From assembly GCA_963976765.1 (NCBI GenBank), contig CAXBME010000011.1, positions 62,001 to 126,000 of the forward strand: DNA of 64,000 nucleotides. Direction: 5' to 3'. Below, piece after piece: positions 30,765-40,046 of this stretch. Numbering within the stretch: the first letter of the stretch is position 1; every line of letters begins with the position of its first letter. The notes under the pieces were generated by a model. It saw nothing but the letters and a program-made list of their open reading frames with translations. It ran no database searches and was not told where the DNA came from. This stretch comes from an uncultured Planctomycetaceae bacterium (GTDB taxonomy: Bacteria; Planctomycetota; Planctomycetia; Planctomycetales; Planctomycetaceae). Position numbers and translations under genes: made by a program.

Positions 30765-30786
30765 GCAGGGTGCGTCTTGATGCCCC
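30765..30786 (+). repeat. GTAG-type REP-like palindrome, same family as 10627-10690
   Basis: GCAGGGTGCGTCTTGATGCCCC, 33 nt downstream of the ahcY stop. Confidence 0.5.
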
Positions 30787-30805
30787 CTGAAAGTTGACCG
30801 ACCAG

Positions 30806-30845
30806 GCCGCCGCAGAGTGAATCAGTCACTTTGCGGCGGCTTTTT
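30806..30845 (+). terminator. Rho-independent terminator after ahcY
   Basis: GCCGCCGCAGAGTGA-ATCAG-TCACTTTGCGGCGGC followed by TTTTT. Confidence 0.85.
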
Positions 30846-30864
30846 GATTTGGTCACTCAAGCAT

Positions 30865-32613
30865 CTATAGGGCTTGCAGAAATTCGATGAGGCTCTTTCG
30901 TTCCGCCTCAGAAAGAGCCGCTCCCTTCGGATGCTCAAACCGAATCAGCACGTCTTCAATCGAGCGAGCCCGACCGTCGTGAAACAGCCGATCGCGCTGG
31001 CTGACTCCGCCGAGCGATGGCGGGTTAAACCGCGAATTTCCATGAGCGTCCCGCAGCCCGACATCAAACACGTCGTCGGTCGTGAAACTGGTAAATCCGT
31101 TGTGGCACGCAGAGCAGCCAACCGCTTCAAACACGTCGCGAGTCTGGTACTCAACCGTCGGGTGCGGCCCTTCTCCGCGAGCGACGACGACAGATGGCGG
31201 TCTTTCCAGTTTCGAAACGTACGCCGTCAGGTCAGTGATGAGATCCTCGTTCGGCTCAGCAGCGTGCATTGTCGAGCTGAGCGATTTTAGAATCTGACCG
31301 TGTAACTGATGCTGAGAACCGTTCCACGCCCATGGTCCGGTTGACCAGACGCCTCGCAGCGTTGGCACTCGCTTGGCGTCGCCGAAATCGCCGTCACCGA
31401 GTGTGTCTGCCAGGCCGTTGTTCGTGTGGCCGTCCGTGTGGCAACTGTGGCAACTCATCCAGCTTTCGTACGACAGCGTCGCGTTGAAGAATGCCGATTC
31501 GCCCCGCTCAACAATGCCGAATGGTGGACTCGGTCCAAGGCTGATCGTGTCGACCAGCCGGTTTGCATTCAGGTCGACGATCGAAACGGAATCGGACACC
31601 GAATTAACAACGAACGCGCGGTTTGTGGCGACATCATGAACAACATCTAGCGGTCGACTGCCGGTTGCAACACGGCTTTCTCGAACTCCCACGCGTTCGA
31701 CGATGGCCAGCTCGCCGGTCCCTGACAGAGTCACCACAAGTTTTTCCGGAGTCACTAAAACTGCTTCCGGATCCCCTGCTCCTTCGCCTGGCCCGCCAAG
31801 CGCAATCCGCTCGGGTCTCAACGGTCCTTGCCTGTCCTCATCGATCAGCGACGCAACGTCAATCGCCAGGATCTCATTCTCGATCAGAATTCCCCAGTGA
31901 ATATCCTCACGGTCGGCGTATCCTTTCGGATTGAGACGTTGGCAAGTCAGGTAGAGGCGTCGGTCGTTTCCCAACGCCAGGTTCCGCACGTTGTGGATCG
32001 GAAAGTCGTGTTCGACCGTTTTTGTTCCGGCAGCACAGTCGACAACCACCAAGCGTCCGCCGAAAGAATCGGCAACGACAACTCGCGTCGAATCAACGAA
32101 CGCAATCGCTCGCGGTGCAAACGGCAGATCGAGCTGGTGGAGCTTCTTCAGATCAGCGTCATTCGAAACGACGGACGAATCTCGCGACAGAATCGTCAGC
32201 CGACGCGACCACAACGAAGCCACACAGACGAAGCCTCCACTCTCATTGACCGCGATCGATTCCGGCGAAGCCGGCACTTCGACACGATCGACGATACGCA
32301 GCCCATCCATTGAAGGCTTGACAACTATCACCAAGCCGCCAGCGAAGTCGGTAACAAGTAAACAGTCACTGCCGGGCAACGCAATGATGTCGGAAAGCTG
32401 CTGCCCAATCTGCTTTTCGAAAACGCTTCGTGCGGCGACATCCACAACGCTCACTGTTCCGCTGCGTCGATTCGCAACACAAAGCATGCGTCCGCCGTCC
32501 AGCAATACTGCGGCAATTGGTCGACGGTGCTGGACTCGCAAATCCAACTCAGCACTGTCCGCCTGAGATGGCATCAGTAGAAGCGTCAGAAGTACCGCGA
32601 TGGTATGTTTCAT
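30865..32613 (-). CDS. Exported YVTN/YncE-type beta-propeller fused to a di-haem cytochrome c peroxidase-like domain
   Basis: Signal peptide; repeats VANRRSGTVSVVD and VVNSVSDSVSIVD; CHSCH and CSACH; KRVPTLRGV, PSLGGV, LFHDGRA. Confidence 0.82.
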   Translation of the reverse strand: MKHTIAVLLTLLLMPSQADSAELDLRVQHRRPIAAVLLDGGRMLCVANRRSGTVSVVDVAARSVFEKQIGQQLSDIIALPGSDCLLVTDFAGGLVIVVKPSMDGLRIVDRVEVPASPESIAVNESGGFVCVASLWSRRLTILSRDSSVVSNDADLKKLHQLDLPFAPRAIAFVDSTRVVVADSFGGRLVVVDCAAGTKTVEHDFPIHNVRNLALGNDRRLYLTCQRLNPKGYADREDIHWGILIENEILAIDVASLIDEDRQGPLRPERIALGGPGEGAGDPEAVLVTPEKLVVTLSGTGELAIVERVGVRESRVATGSRPLDVVHDVATNRAFVVNSVSDSVSIVDLNANRLVDTISLGPSPPFGIVERGESAFFNATLSYESWMSCHSCHTDGHTNNGLADTLGDGDFGDAKRVPTLRGVWSTGPWAWNGSQHQLHGQILKSLSSTMHAAEPNEDLITDLTAYVSKLERPPSVVVARGEGPHPTVEYQTRDVFEAVGCSACHNGFTSFTTDDVFDVGLRDAHGNSRFNPPSLGGVSQRDRLFHDGRARSIEDVLIRFEHPKGAALSEAERKSLIEFLQAL

Positions 32614-32684
32614 TCATCGCTCACAATCTGCAGGAACGGTCGAGTCTGTTTCCTGATTCGTTCTCAGAGTATCGAGTGAGCCGC

Positions 32685-33272
32685 TCAGATGAGTACAGGT
32701 CTGAAATCCGGGTTGTCGCAAAACTCGGGAGGCATTCCAAAATTGTCTCCGACAAAGTCGTCAATCCAACCACGAGTCTTCTCTGAAAGGACGCTGTTCA
32801 GTTCCTCAATGGCAACTCCCGAAATCATCATCGGGAAGACATGATCGACTCTCATCCGGTCACCCTGGCACCAGGCAGCAATCTGCTTCTCGCGACAGTC
32901 TTCCGCTTGGGTCCCTGAAAACAGGCAACGGTTCATCAGCTCTGAAGCGTCGTCACCGCCCTGCTCTGCCCATTCCGAAAGATGCGTCAGACGCTGGCTG
33001 ACGTCAAGATTCGACAACATGTAGTCAGTCACGGCCTGCCGGGATTCGGCAGAAAGTTCGCCCTGCGAAGCCAGCACGCAGGCTTCGCACATGGCATATT
33101 CGACAATAGGCTCCTGCTGAACGAAAACCCGCTCAATCAGATAAGGCGTGCCCGACCGAATCAACTCGGACTCGCACTTCAGGCATTTGTTGAACGGCCC
33201 GTCGTTCTCAAGCGAATGAAACTCGCTCGGAATCGGGACAAACGTCGGCTCAGGCGGCCATTTGAAATCCAC
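32685..33272 (-). CDS. Hypothetical Cys-rich protein
   Basis: 195-aa ORF co-oriented with its neighbours; CLKC, CEAC and further Cys. Confidence 0.7.
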   Translation of the reverse strand: MDFKWPPEPTFVPIPSEFHSLENDGPFNKCLKCESELIRSGTPYLIERVFVQQEPIVEYAMCEACVLASQGELSAESRQAVTDYMLSNLDVSQRLTHLSEWAEQGGDDASELMNRCLFSGTQAEDCREKQIAAWCQGDRMRVDHVFPMMISGVAIEELNSVLSEKTRGWIDDFVGDNFGMPPEFCDNPDFRPVLI

Positions 33273-33398
33273 GTGCAGGCTCTCTTGTGCAGTCTTGTCA
33301 ATGACTCAGCGATCTCGTCGGCTGATATGAGCACTGATTATTGCCAACAGGAACTCGCTGTGTCGATGACTCAGCACCACCGATTATGTCGCGTGCCA

Positions 33399-33947
33399 TT
33401 ACGACAGACGTGGCGGCGGAAGTGTCGCCACATCGCGAAGTCGGTCAAGTTTGGCCAGCGTCTCGGGATCCTCGGCTCGAAGCGGAACTCCTCGCCGAGG
33501 AGCCCAGCGTTCCATCGCCGGCCGCTTCCCGTTGTTATCAACGGTCCTGCAGTACAGCTTTGAGATAACCAGCACGGCGAACAAAGCTCCACCGAGAAAG
33601 CACATCTTTGTCAGACTGCTCACCGAATCTGCCTGATCACCGGTCACGAACCTGCCTGTTAGACCAATGCCTGCAATAATCAGCCCTCGAGTGATCCGAT
33701 TTGTATTTCCCATCGGGACCACGCAGATCAGCACGGCAACGATCGCGTAGTAAATAAGTTGGCGATTCATTTTCCGACTCATTCGATCGCTGATTTCCGC
33801 TTTCAATTCAGTGGCACTCATCGTGTAGAAGTCTTCGGCCGTCAACTGGTCCGACTCTTCCGGCTCAAGCAGAAACAAGGCGCCAAGCGTTGACGCAATC
33901 AACATCAGAACGAGGAAGGTGGGGCCAATCAGTGATCTGGGATCCAT
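33399..33947 (-). CDS. Hypothetical membrane protein (about 4 TM segments)
   Basis: GAGGA upstream of ATG; four hydrophobic stretches. Confidence 0.65.
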   Translation of the reverse strand: MDPRSLIGPTFLVLMLIASTLGALFLLEPEESDQLTAEDFYTMSATELKAEISDRMSRKMNRQLIYYAIVAVLICVVPMGNTNRITRGLIIAGIGLTGRFVTGDQADSVSSLTKMCFLGGALFAVLVISKLYCRTVDNNGKRPAMERWAPRRGVPLRAEDPETLAKLDRLRDVATLPPPRLS

Positions 33948-34302
33948 GTTTCGATTCCTCGACTTCGCGACAGCGGAACGGCGAATAAACCTTGAGAACC
34001 CGCCGTTGACTGCGCGAGTATTACCGATGATGGAATCGACTTTGGAAGAAGCTCATTCCCTCACGGCAGATTTCCAGACACAAACCTGCCTTGCCCCCAG
34101 CGACTTGCCAGACCCGCGCAACATGCAGGTCGTGCCGGATAGACTGCCTCGAATTCGCCGGAATGTTGCGTTTGCGAAACGCTCCGCGCACCTGTGGCAA
34201 CATGTTGAAAAGCGCAGACAAACAGCCCGACTCCCTGTTGAAGCCGGGCTGTCTGAGAGATGCTGATCACTGATCACAGTCGAGAGCCGGAACTCCCGCC
34301 GG

Positions 34303-35811
34303 TCAGTTACGTTTTCGAATCACGTCGAAGCGGGTTCCATTTCCGGATTTGATAAGAAGAAACAGTCCCTTTTCCGGGTTCACTTCGGTGAGCCCTTTAT
34401 TGAAGTCTGCCACACTTTCAATCCGACGGTTGCCGACTTTCAGAATGACGTCGCCAACCGACAGAACCCGAGCGGCGGCTCCTTTGCTGTCGACGGAGCT
34501 GACCACGACCCCCTGTTCAGAATCAACCCCGATCTGCTCAGCGATCTCGGAAGTCAATTCACGAACTTTGAAACCGAAGTCGCCGACCTCAACCACACCT
34601 TCTTCGCTTTTCTCTTCACTCGTTTCTTCGCGTCCCTGTCGACCAACACTGGCCATGGTGTACTCATTCGGCATCTGCTTGAGAACGATCGGCAAATTCA
34701 CTCGCTTGCCATCCCGCAGAATTTCGATCGTGTACGACTTGTCGACTTCCAGCCGCTCGACAATTCCCTGCAGACTGCGCGGGCCATTGACAGGTTTTCC
34801 ATCCAGAGACAGCACAACGTCACCTGGCTCCAGCTTCGCCGTGCTGCCGGGAGATTTCGGGAAAATCTGGGTGACAATCGCACCTTCGCCAACCTTCAGA
34901 TCAAGGTGAGCGGCCAGATCGTTGGTCACCGGCTGAATCGTGATCCCGATGAACGCTCGCTTCACTTCGTTGTGTTCGATCAACTGCTGAACGACCCACC
35001 AGGCCATGCGGCCCGGCACCGCGAAACCAATACCATCGAACCCTCCGCTGCGCGAGGAAATCGCCGTGTTGACGCCGATCACGTTACCGTGCAGATCCAG
35101 CAACGGCCCGCCGCTGTTTCCGGGGTTGATTGCCGCGTCAGTCTGCAGAAAATCCTCACGCTCAGCGATGCCCGGCCCTCGTCCTTTTGCCGAAATAATG
35201 CCGGAAGTCACCGTCAGCTCATGGCCGAATGGATTTCCCACCGCAACCACCCAGTCACCAACGGCGATGCCGTCACTGTCTCCAAACCGAAGCGACTGCA
35301 ACGGCTCGCCCGCATCAATGCGAAGAATGGCCAGGTCTGTTCGCGGATCAGTTTGAACATTGCTGCCCGTGAATTCGCGACCGTCGTGAAGCCTGACGAC
35401 AATCTCGTCAGCGTCGGCAACAACGTGATTGTTAGTCACGATGATGCCCGATGAATCCACGATAAATCCCGACCCCATTCCGCTGCTTTCCGGCGTCTGA
35501 CGCTGGCGAGGCATCCGCCGAAAGAACTCACGAAACCGAGGATCTGCTTCAAAAAGCTGCTCGAACGGATCAGCCCCGTCGCCCTGTCCGATCTCGATAT
35601 TCCGTGCCTTCTGTCGCGTTTCAATCGTCACCACACACGGTAGTGCCTTCTGAGCAACGCCACGGAATACCGTCGACAATTCATGCGAATCTGTCACTGC
35701 GAGCGGAGCTGGCAATCCTGGTTTCTGAGCAACAGTTACCGCCGCCGCTACAAGACAGAATCCCCCAAAAAGCGCGATCATCCAGTGGGTCTGACTTCTC
35801 AATGTTTTCAT
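34303..35811 (-). CDS. htrA: HtrA/DegP (Do family) serine endoprotease with two PDZ domains
   Basis: GSGFIV, TNNHV, TDLA, QTDAAINPGNSGGPL and two GDV-type PDZ domains. Start set at MKTLRSQ (ATG 35811, GGAG upstream). Confidence 0.93.
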   Translation of the reverse strand: MKTLRSQTHWMIALFGGFCLVAAAVTVAQKPGLPAPLAVTDSHELSTVFRGVAQKALPCVVTIETRQKARNIEIGQGDGADPFEQLFEADPRFREFFRRMPRQRQTPESSGMGSGFIVDSSGIIVTNNHVVADADEIVVRLHDGREFTGSNVQTDPRTDLAILRIDAGEPLQSLRFGDSDGIAVGDWVVAVGNPFGHELTVTSGIISAKGRGPGIAEREDFLQTDAAINPGNSGGPLLDLHGNVIGVNTAISSRSGGFDGIGFAVPGRMAWWVVQQLIEHNEVKRAFIGITIQPVTNDLAAHLDLKVGEGAIVTQIFPKSPGSTAKLEPGDVVLSLDGKPVNGPRSLQGIVERLEVDKSYTIEILRDGKRVNLPIVLKQMPNEYTMASVGRQGREETSEEKSEEGVVEVGDFGFKVRELTSEIAEQIGVDSEQGVVVSSVDSKGAAARVLSVGDVILKVGNRRIESVADFNKGLTEVNPEKGLFLLIKSGNGTRFDVIRKRN

Positions 35812-35962
35812 TCCAATTCTCCATTTCGACTTAAAAATGCGACCCGTTCCATAATCGGTACCGTTGTCTGAGGCGACGGAGGATCGATCAAGCTCCGCCA
35901 TGCAGCCTCGTCCGCAGGCCACCGGAAATACTGCTGCCATGCTCCGGGCAGGCAGAAACCTT

Positions 35963-35988
35963 TACGATAGATCATTTACATGGTTTCT
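35963..35988 (-). promoter_or_regulatory. Candidate ECF sigma promoter for htrA
   Basis: Minus strand AGAAAC-N16-CGTA about 150 nt upstream of htrA. Confidence 0.4.
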
Positions 35989-36582
35989 GTGCAGGAGCTG
36001 GCACCCGGGATAGCCATTGTTTCCTATGTAGCCTTCCTGCCGAACACCGGAAACGAATTCTGAAAGTGCTCTGGAACTCGCTGAATGCTGAAAATAGCAG
36101 GATCAGCAAATGTCCAGAAGGTTTAACTGCCCCGCAGCTCCTGATCGACGTCTCGTACGTGTCTGACCGGCAAACCGTTGACCTCAAGATCCACATTTTT
36201 TGGAGCGACGTTCGAAGAAACCCTCACAGCCGAGCCGCAACTTCTGCCAGCTGAAGTACACCAGTCAGCTCCATTCGAGAGAATGGCCGGAGACTGAAAC
36301 GCGGAGTAGTGATTCACAAACGCCACTCACAACGCGGTCAGCCGTGTCCCGCTCGCGAGCCATCGCGTGAAACCTGTGAACGGAAATTCCGGGATCGATC
36401 GGGTTCCGACCGGACTTCCCCAAAAATCCGAACGACGTGACACGCCTTGCTCAGGCGAATACCGCACCTTCCGGCGCACTTCTCGTTTCCGAGCTACTTT
36501 CTTAATACGGCAAGTTTCATCGTAAGAGATTGCCCTCACAAGACACTCAAAGCAGCTTCTTCAAGGTCCAACGGTTCGCGTT

Positions 36583-38076
36583 ATGGCTCAGCCAGCAGCC
36601 AAAAATTCGCAAGGAAATTCTGCTGACAGAGGCTTCACCGCCCTGGATCGCGACGTAGACGCAGTCATCGGTCAAGTCTCTCAAGAGATTTCCGGCGTGG
36701 CGATCCCTGCCGGCCTGCTGACCCGCACGGGAAACGGCGGTACCTGCGAATTCGATTCCAGTGAACAACTCGAAGCACTCCTGACCAGGGTCAACAAGCT
36801 GGTACCAGACCGGACTGCCGAGTTCGTTCCCATCGAGCCAGCTTCGATTGCCGCCACCGGCTTGACCAGAGAAGAAATCGAAAAACTCGTTCTTAAACTG
36901 TTGAATGCGCGAGGCTCCGCATCCGGTCGCCGGGTTTCGCGACACCTGTGCCTGCCGCTGTCGATCATCGAGGACGTAATCAAACACCTGCGCAACGAGC
37001 AGATGGTCGCTCTCAAAGGCGCTGCGGAAGCGGGCGACTACGATTACGTTCTGAGCGACAAAGGGCGAACACGGGCGACGGAGTATTCGCAGGATTCCAG
37101 TTACTTCGGGGCCGCCCCCGTTTGCCTCGCGGATTATCTGAACGCAATGGCGGCTCAAAGTATTGCCGGTCAGGAAGTCACCGACACGGATCTCAAGCGA
37201 GCGTTCTCCGACCTTATCATCAACCCTGCGATGCTCGATCGCCTGGGGCCGGCGATCAACTCCGGGCGCGGCATGTTTCTGTTCGGGGAGCCAGGCAACG
37301 GCAAGACCAGCATCGCCGAACGTATCACGGCCTGCTTCAGCTCGACAATCTGGATTCCGCGAGCTCTCGGAATCGACGGAGAGATCATCCGGCTCTTCGA
37401 CCCCGGAATTCACAAGACAATCGATACTCCAGTATCTGATAGTCTTATCGACCTTTCAGACGTCGACCGACGCTGGGTACAGATCGAAAGACCGACTGTC
37501 GTCGTTGGCGGCGAGCTGACAATGGGCGATCTGGAAGTCAGTCAGAATCCGGCCACGCGAATCTGCGAGGCACCGGTCCAGCTCAAGAGTAATTGCGGAA
37601 CGCTGGTCATCGACGACTTCGGCCGACAGCGAATGCCCGTCGACGAGCTGCTCAATCGGTGGATCGTGCCACTCGAAAAGCGATACGACTTTCTGAATCT
37701 TCCCAGTGGGAAAAAGATACAGGTGCCCTTCGACCAGCTGATCGTTTTCTCGACAAACCTTGAACCAAAGGACCTGGTTGACGGCGCGTTTCTGCGCCGC
37801 ATCCCCTACAAGATCCAGGTTCCCGATCCATCAGAAGGCGAGTTCAAAGCCATCATGAAAGTTCTGGCTCCGGCGATGGGCTTTGAGTACGAAGAAAGCG
37901 CCGTGCAATACCTGATCGACACACACTTCCATGGATGCAATCGCCAGTTCCGGTCGTGCCATCCTCGCGATCTTCTGCTCCAGGTGCGAAACTTCTGTAC
38001 CTACCATCGAAGACCTCGCAAGATGGCTCCCGAAGCCTTCGACTTCGCGGTGGAAAACTACTTCTCCGTCCTTTGA
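36583..38076 (+). CDS. AAA+ family ATPase of unknown function
   Basis: Walker A GEPGNGKT, Walker B LVIDD, FSTN sensor, AFLRRI arginine finger; N-terminal helix-turn-helix-like segment. Confidence 0.88.
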   Translation: MAQPAAKNSQGNSADRGFTALDRDVDAVIGQVSQEISGVAIPAGLLTRTGNGGTCEFDSSEQLEALLTRVNKLVPDRTAEFVPIEPASIAATGLTREEIEKLVLKLLNARGSASGRRVSRHLCLPLSIIEDVIKHLRNEQMVALKGAAEAGDYDYVLSDKGRTRATEYSQDSSYFGAAPVCLADYLNAMAAQSIAGQEVTDTDLKRAFSDLIINPAMLDRLGPAINSGRGMFLFGEPGNGKTSIAERITACFSSTIWIPRALGIDGEIIRLFDPGIHKTIDTPVSDSLIDLSDVDRRWVQIERPTVVVGGELTMGDLEVSQNPATRICEAPVQLKSNCGTLVIDDFGRQRMPVDELLNRWIVPLEKRYDFLNLPSGKKIQVPFDQLIVFSTNLEPKDLVDGAFLRRIPYKIQVPDPSEGEFKAIMKVLAPAMGFEYEESAVQYLIDTHFHGCNRQFRSCHPRDLLLQVRNFCTYHRRPRKMAPEAFDFAVENYFSVL

Positions 38077-38118
38077 CGGGTCACTCATCTCAGCCTTTCA
38101 CCAGTTCACGAGAATCCC

Positions 38119-39783
38119 GTGGAACTACGCCCGCTTCGATTTATCCGAAACCTCGGTCGAATGCGGCAGATTGTCAGCGTTCTGCTTAACCATGGATTTG
38201 GAGACCTCGTTGAGCGACTTCACCTGGGGAGCTACCTCCGCTGGAGCCGGCGAGTTCTCTTCAAACGGCGAGGTCTTCAAAAACCTCTCTCGCGCGCACA
38301 ACGCATTCGACTCGCGCTGGAAGAACTCGGGCCAACATTTATCAAATTCGGCCAGGTCATCAGCACGCGACCCGACCTGGTCCCTGACGACGTGCTGACC
38401 GAGCTAAAACAGCTCCGGGAGAACGTACCGCCCTTCTCTTCTGAAGTCGCCATCTCCAGAGTCGAGTCGGCAATCGGCCTGCCCGTCTCCAGCGCCTTCG
38501 CCAGTTTCACGACTGAGCCCCTGGCAGCCGGGTCGCTCGCGCAGGTTCATCGCGCAACACATCTCAATGGTCAGGAACTGGCCATCAAGATTCTCCGCCC
38601 GGGCATCACCGCAGAAATCGAACGCGACATCTCGCTGATGCACGAATTCGCCGTCCTTATCGAACGATACATTCCGGAAGCTCAGGTCTTCGACCCGATT
38701 GGACTGGTCAGCCATTTCGCTCGGGCCATTCGTCGTGAGTTGAATCTGTCGCGCGAAGCACGAACGCTTGAAGAGTTTCACCGACTGTTTCGACACGACG
38801 CCACACTGAAGGTGCCTTCCGTATTCCGCGAACTCTCCAGTGACACAGTGCTTGCGATGGACCTGATCGACGGACACCGGATCGACAATCCGGAAGAACT
38901 TGCGCGACTCGGGATCGACTGCTCAGCACTGGCTGCGAACGGCGCGAGAATCTTCCTGAAGCAGGCGTTCGAACTCGGTATCTTTCACGGCGATCCGCAT
39001 CCCGGCAACATCCGAGTCATGAACGACGGAGCCTTGTGCCTGCTCGATTATGGAATGATCGGCCACCTCGATGAACAGACTCGTGATTCGCTCGTCGACC
39101 TGATGGTCGCCATCGTGCGGCGCGACGCCGATGCGGCGGTCTGCGTCGTTGAAGAAATCGGACAACCATTCACCGAGATCGACCGACCACTCCTTCGTGT
39201 GGAGATCCGCGACTTCATCGATACCTACTACGGAGTCGAGTTAAGCCGCCTCGACATCGGGCACCTGCTCGGGGACTTTGTGACGATCCTGGTCAGCCAC
39301 GGAATCCGCTGCCCGGGTGACCTGATGCTGCTGATCAGGGCTCTGGTCACACTGGAAGGAGTGGGGCACACACTGGACCCGCAGTTCAATCTTCCTGAAG
39401 TGCTGCAGCCATTCGTGAAGTCAGCCGTGCGGCAACGTTACAGCCCGTCTCGAATCGCCGGTGACATCATTGATGATGTCAAAGCACTGGCTTCCGCCGC
39501 CCACCGAGTCCCGGTGTCACTCAGCCGGACGCTGGAGAAACTCGCCAACGACGACCTGCGCGTTCAGGTCGAACACCGTCACATTGAAAAACTGATCACC
39601 GAAGTGGACCGGTCGAGCAACCGAGTGGTCATCGGCCTGATCCTGGCGGCCCTGATCGTGGCATCGGCCCTTGTCCTGAGAACTGAACTGCACTCCTGGT
39701 GGCTCAGCGTCCCCATGTACCTGCTCTCAAGCCTGCTCGGAGCATGGCTGGTCTACGGAATCTTCCGCAGCGGTCGCCTGTAA
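38119..39783 (+). CDS. ubiB: ABC1/AarF/UbiB family atypical kinase
   Basis: LGPTFIKFGQ, AAGSLAQVH, LAIK, FHGDPHPGN, LLDYG; two C-terminal TM helices. Confidence 0.9.
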   Translation: MELRPLRFIRNLGRMRQIVSVLLNHGFGDLVERLHLGSYLRWSRRVLFKRRGLQKPLSRAQRIRLALEELGPTFIKFGQVISTRPDLVPDDVLTELKQLRENVPPFSSEVAISRVESAIGLPVSSAFASFTTEPLAAGSLAQVHRATHLNGQELAIKILRPGITAEIERDISLMHEFAVLIERYIPEAQVFDPIGLVSHFARAIRRELNLSREARTLEEFHRLFRHDATLKVPSVFRELSSDTVLAMDLIDGHRIDNPEELARLGIDCSALAANGARIFLKQAFELGIFHGDPHPGNIRVMNDGALCLLDYGMIGHLDEQTRDSLVDLMVAIVRRDADAAVCVVEEIGQPFTEIDRPLLRVEIRDFIDTYYGVELSRLDIGHLLGDFVTILVSHGIRCPGDLMLLIRALVTLEGVGHTLDPQFNLPEVLQPFVKSAVRQRYSPSRIAGDIIDDVKALASAAHRVPVSLSRTLEKLANDDLRVQVEHRHIEKLITEVDRSSNRVVIGLILAALIVASALVLRTELHSWWLSVPMYLLSSLLGAWLVYGIFRSGRL

Positions 39784-40046
39784 GCTCAACACGTCTCTTT
39801 GGCGACTCCCAAAGCACTCCGGCGCGATAATCCCGGATGTACGCATCGCCGCAGTGACGCGAACCCGCGTTAAAAGCAGCAGCCCAGGAATCACACGACT
39901 GAGAGACCGTCCACGACACGTACCAACGACGAAGTTGAAACCGTCCCGGTACCAAGTGACTTAAGACCTGAAACCCAGATTCCCAGCCATTGAGTCAGAG
40001 GCTCATCGAGGTCAACCTCAACAACTCAACGCGTGAACCATCTGCG

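Noticed and set aside
35999..36014. TGGCAC...GC as a sigma54 promoter
   Set aside because: GG-to-GC spacing is one base too long.
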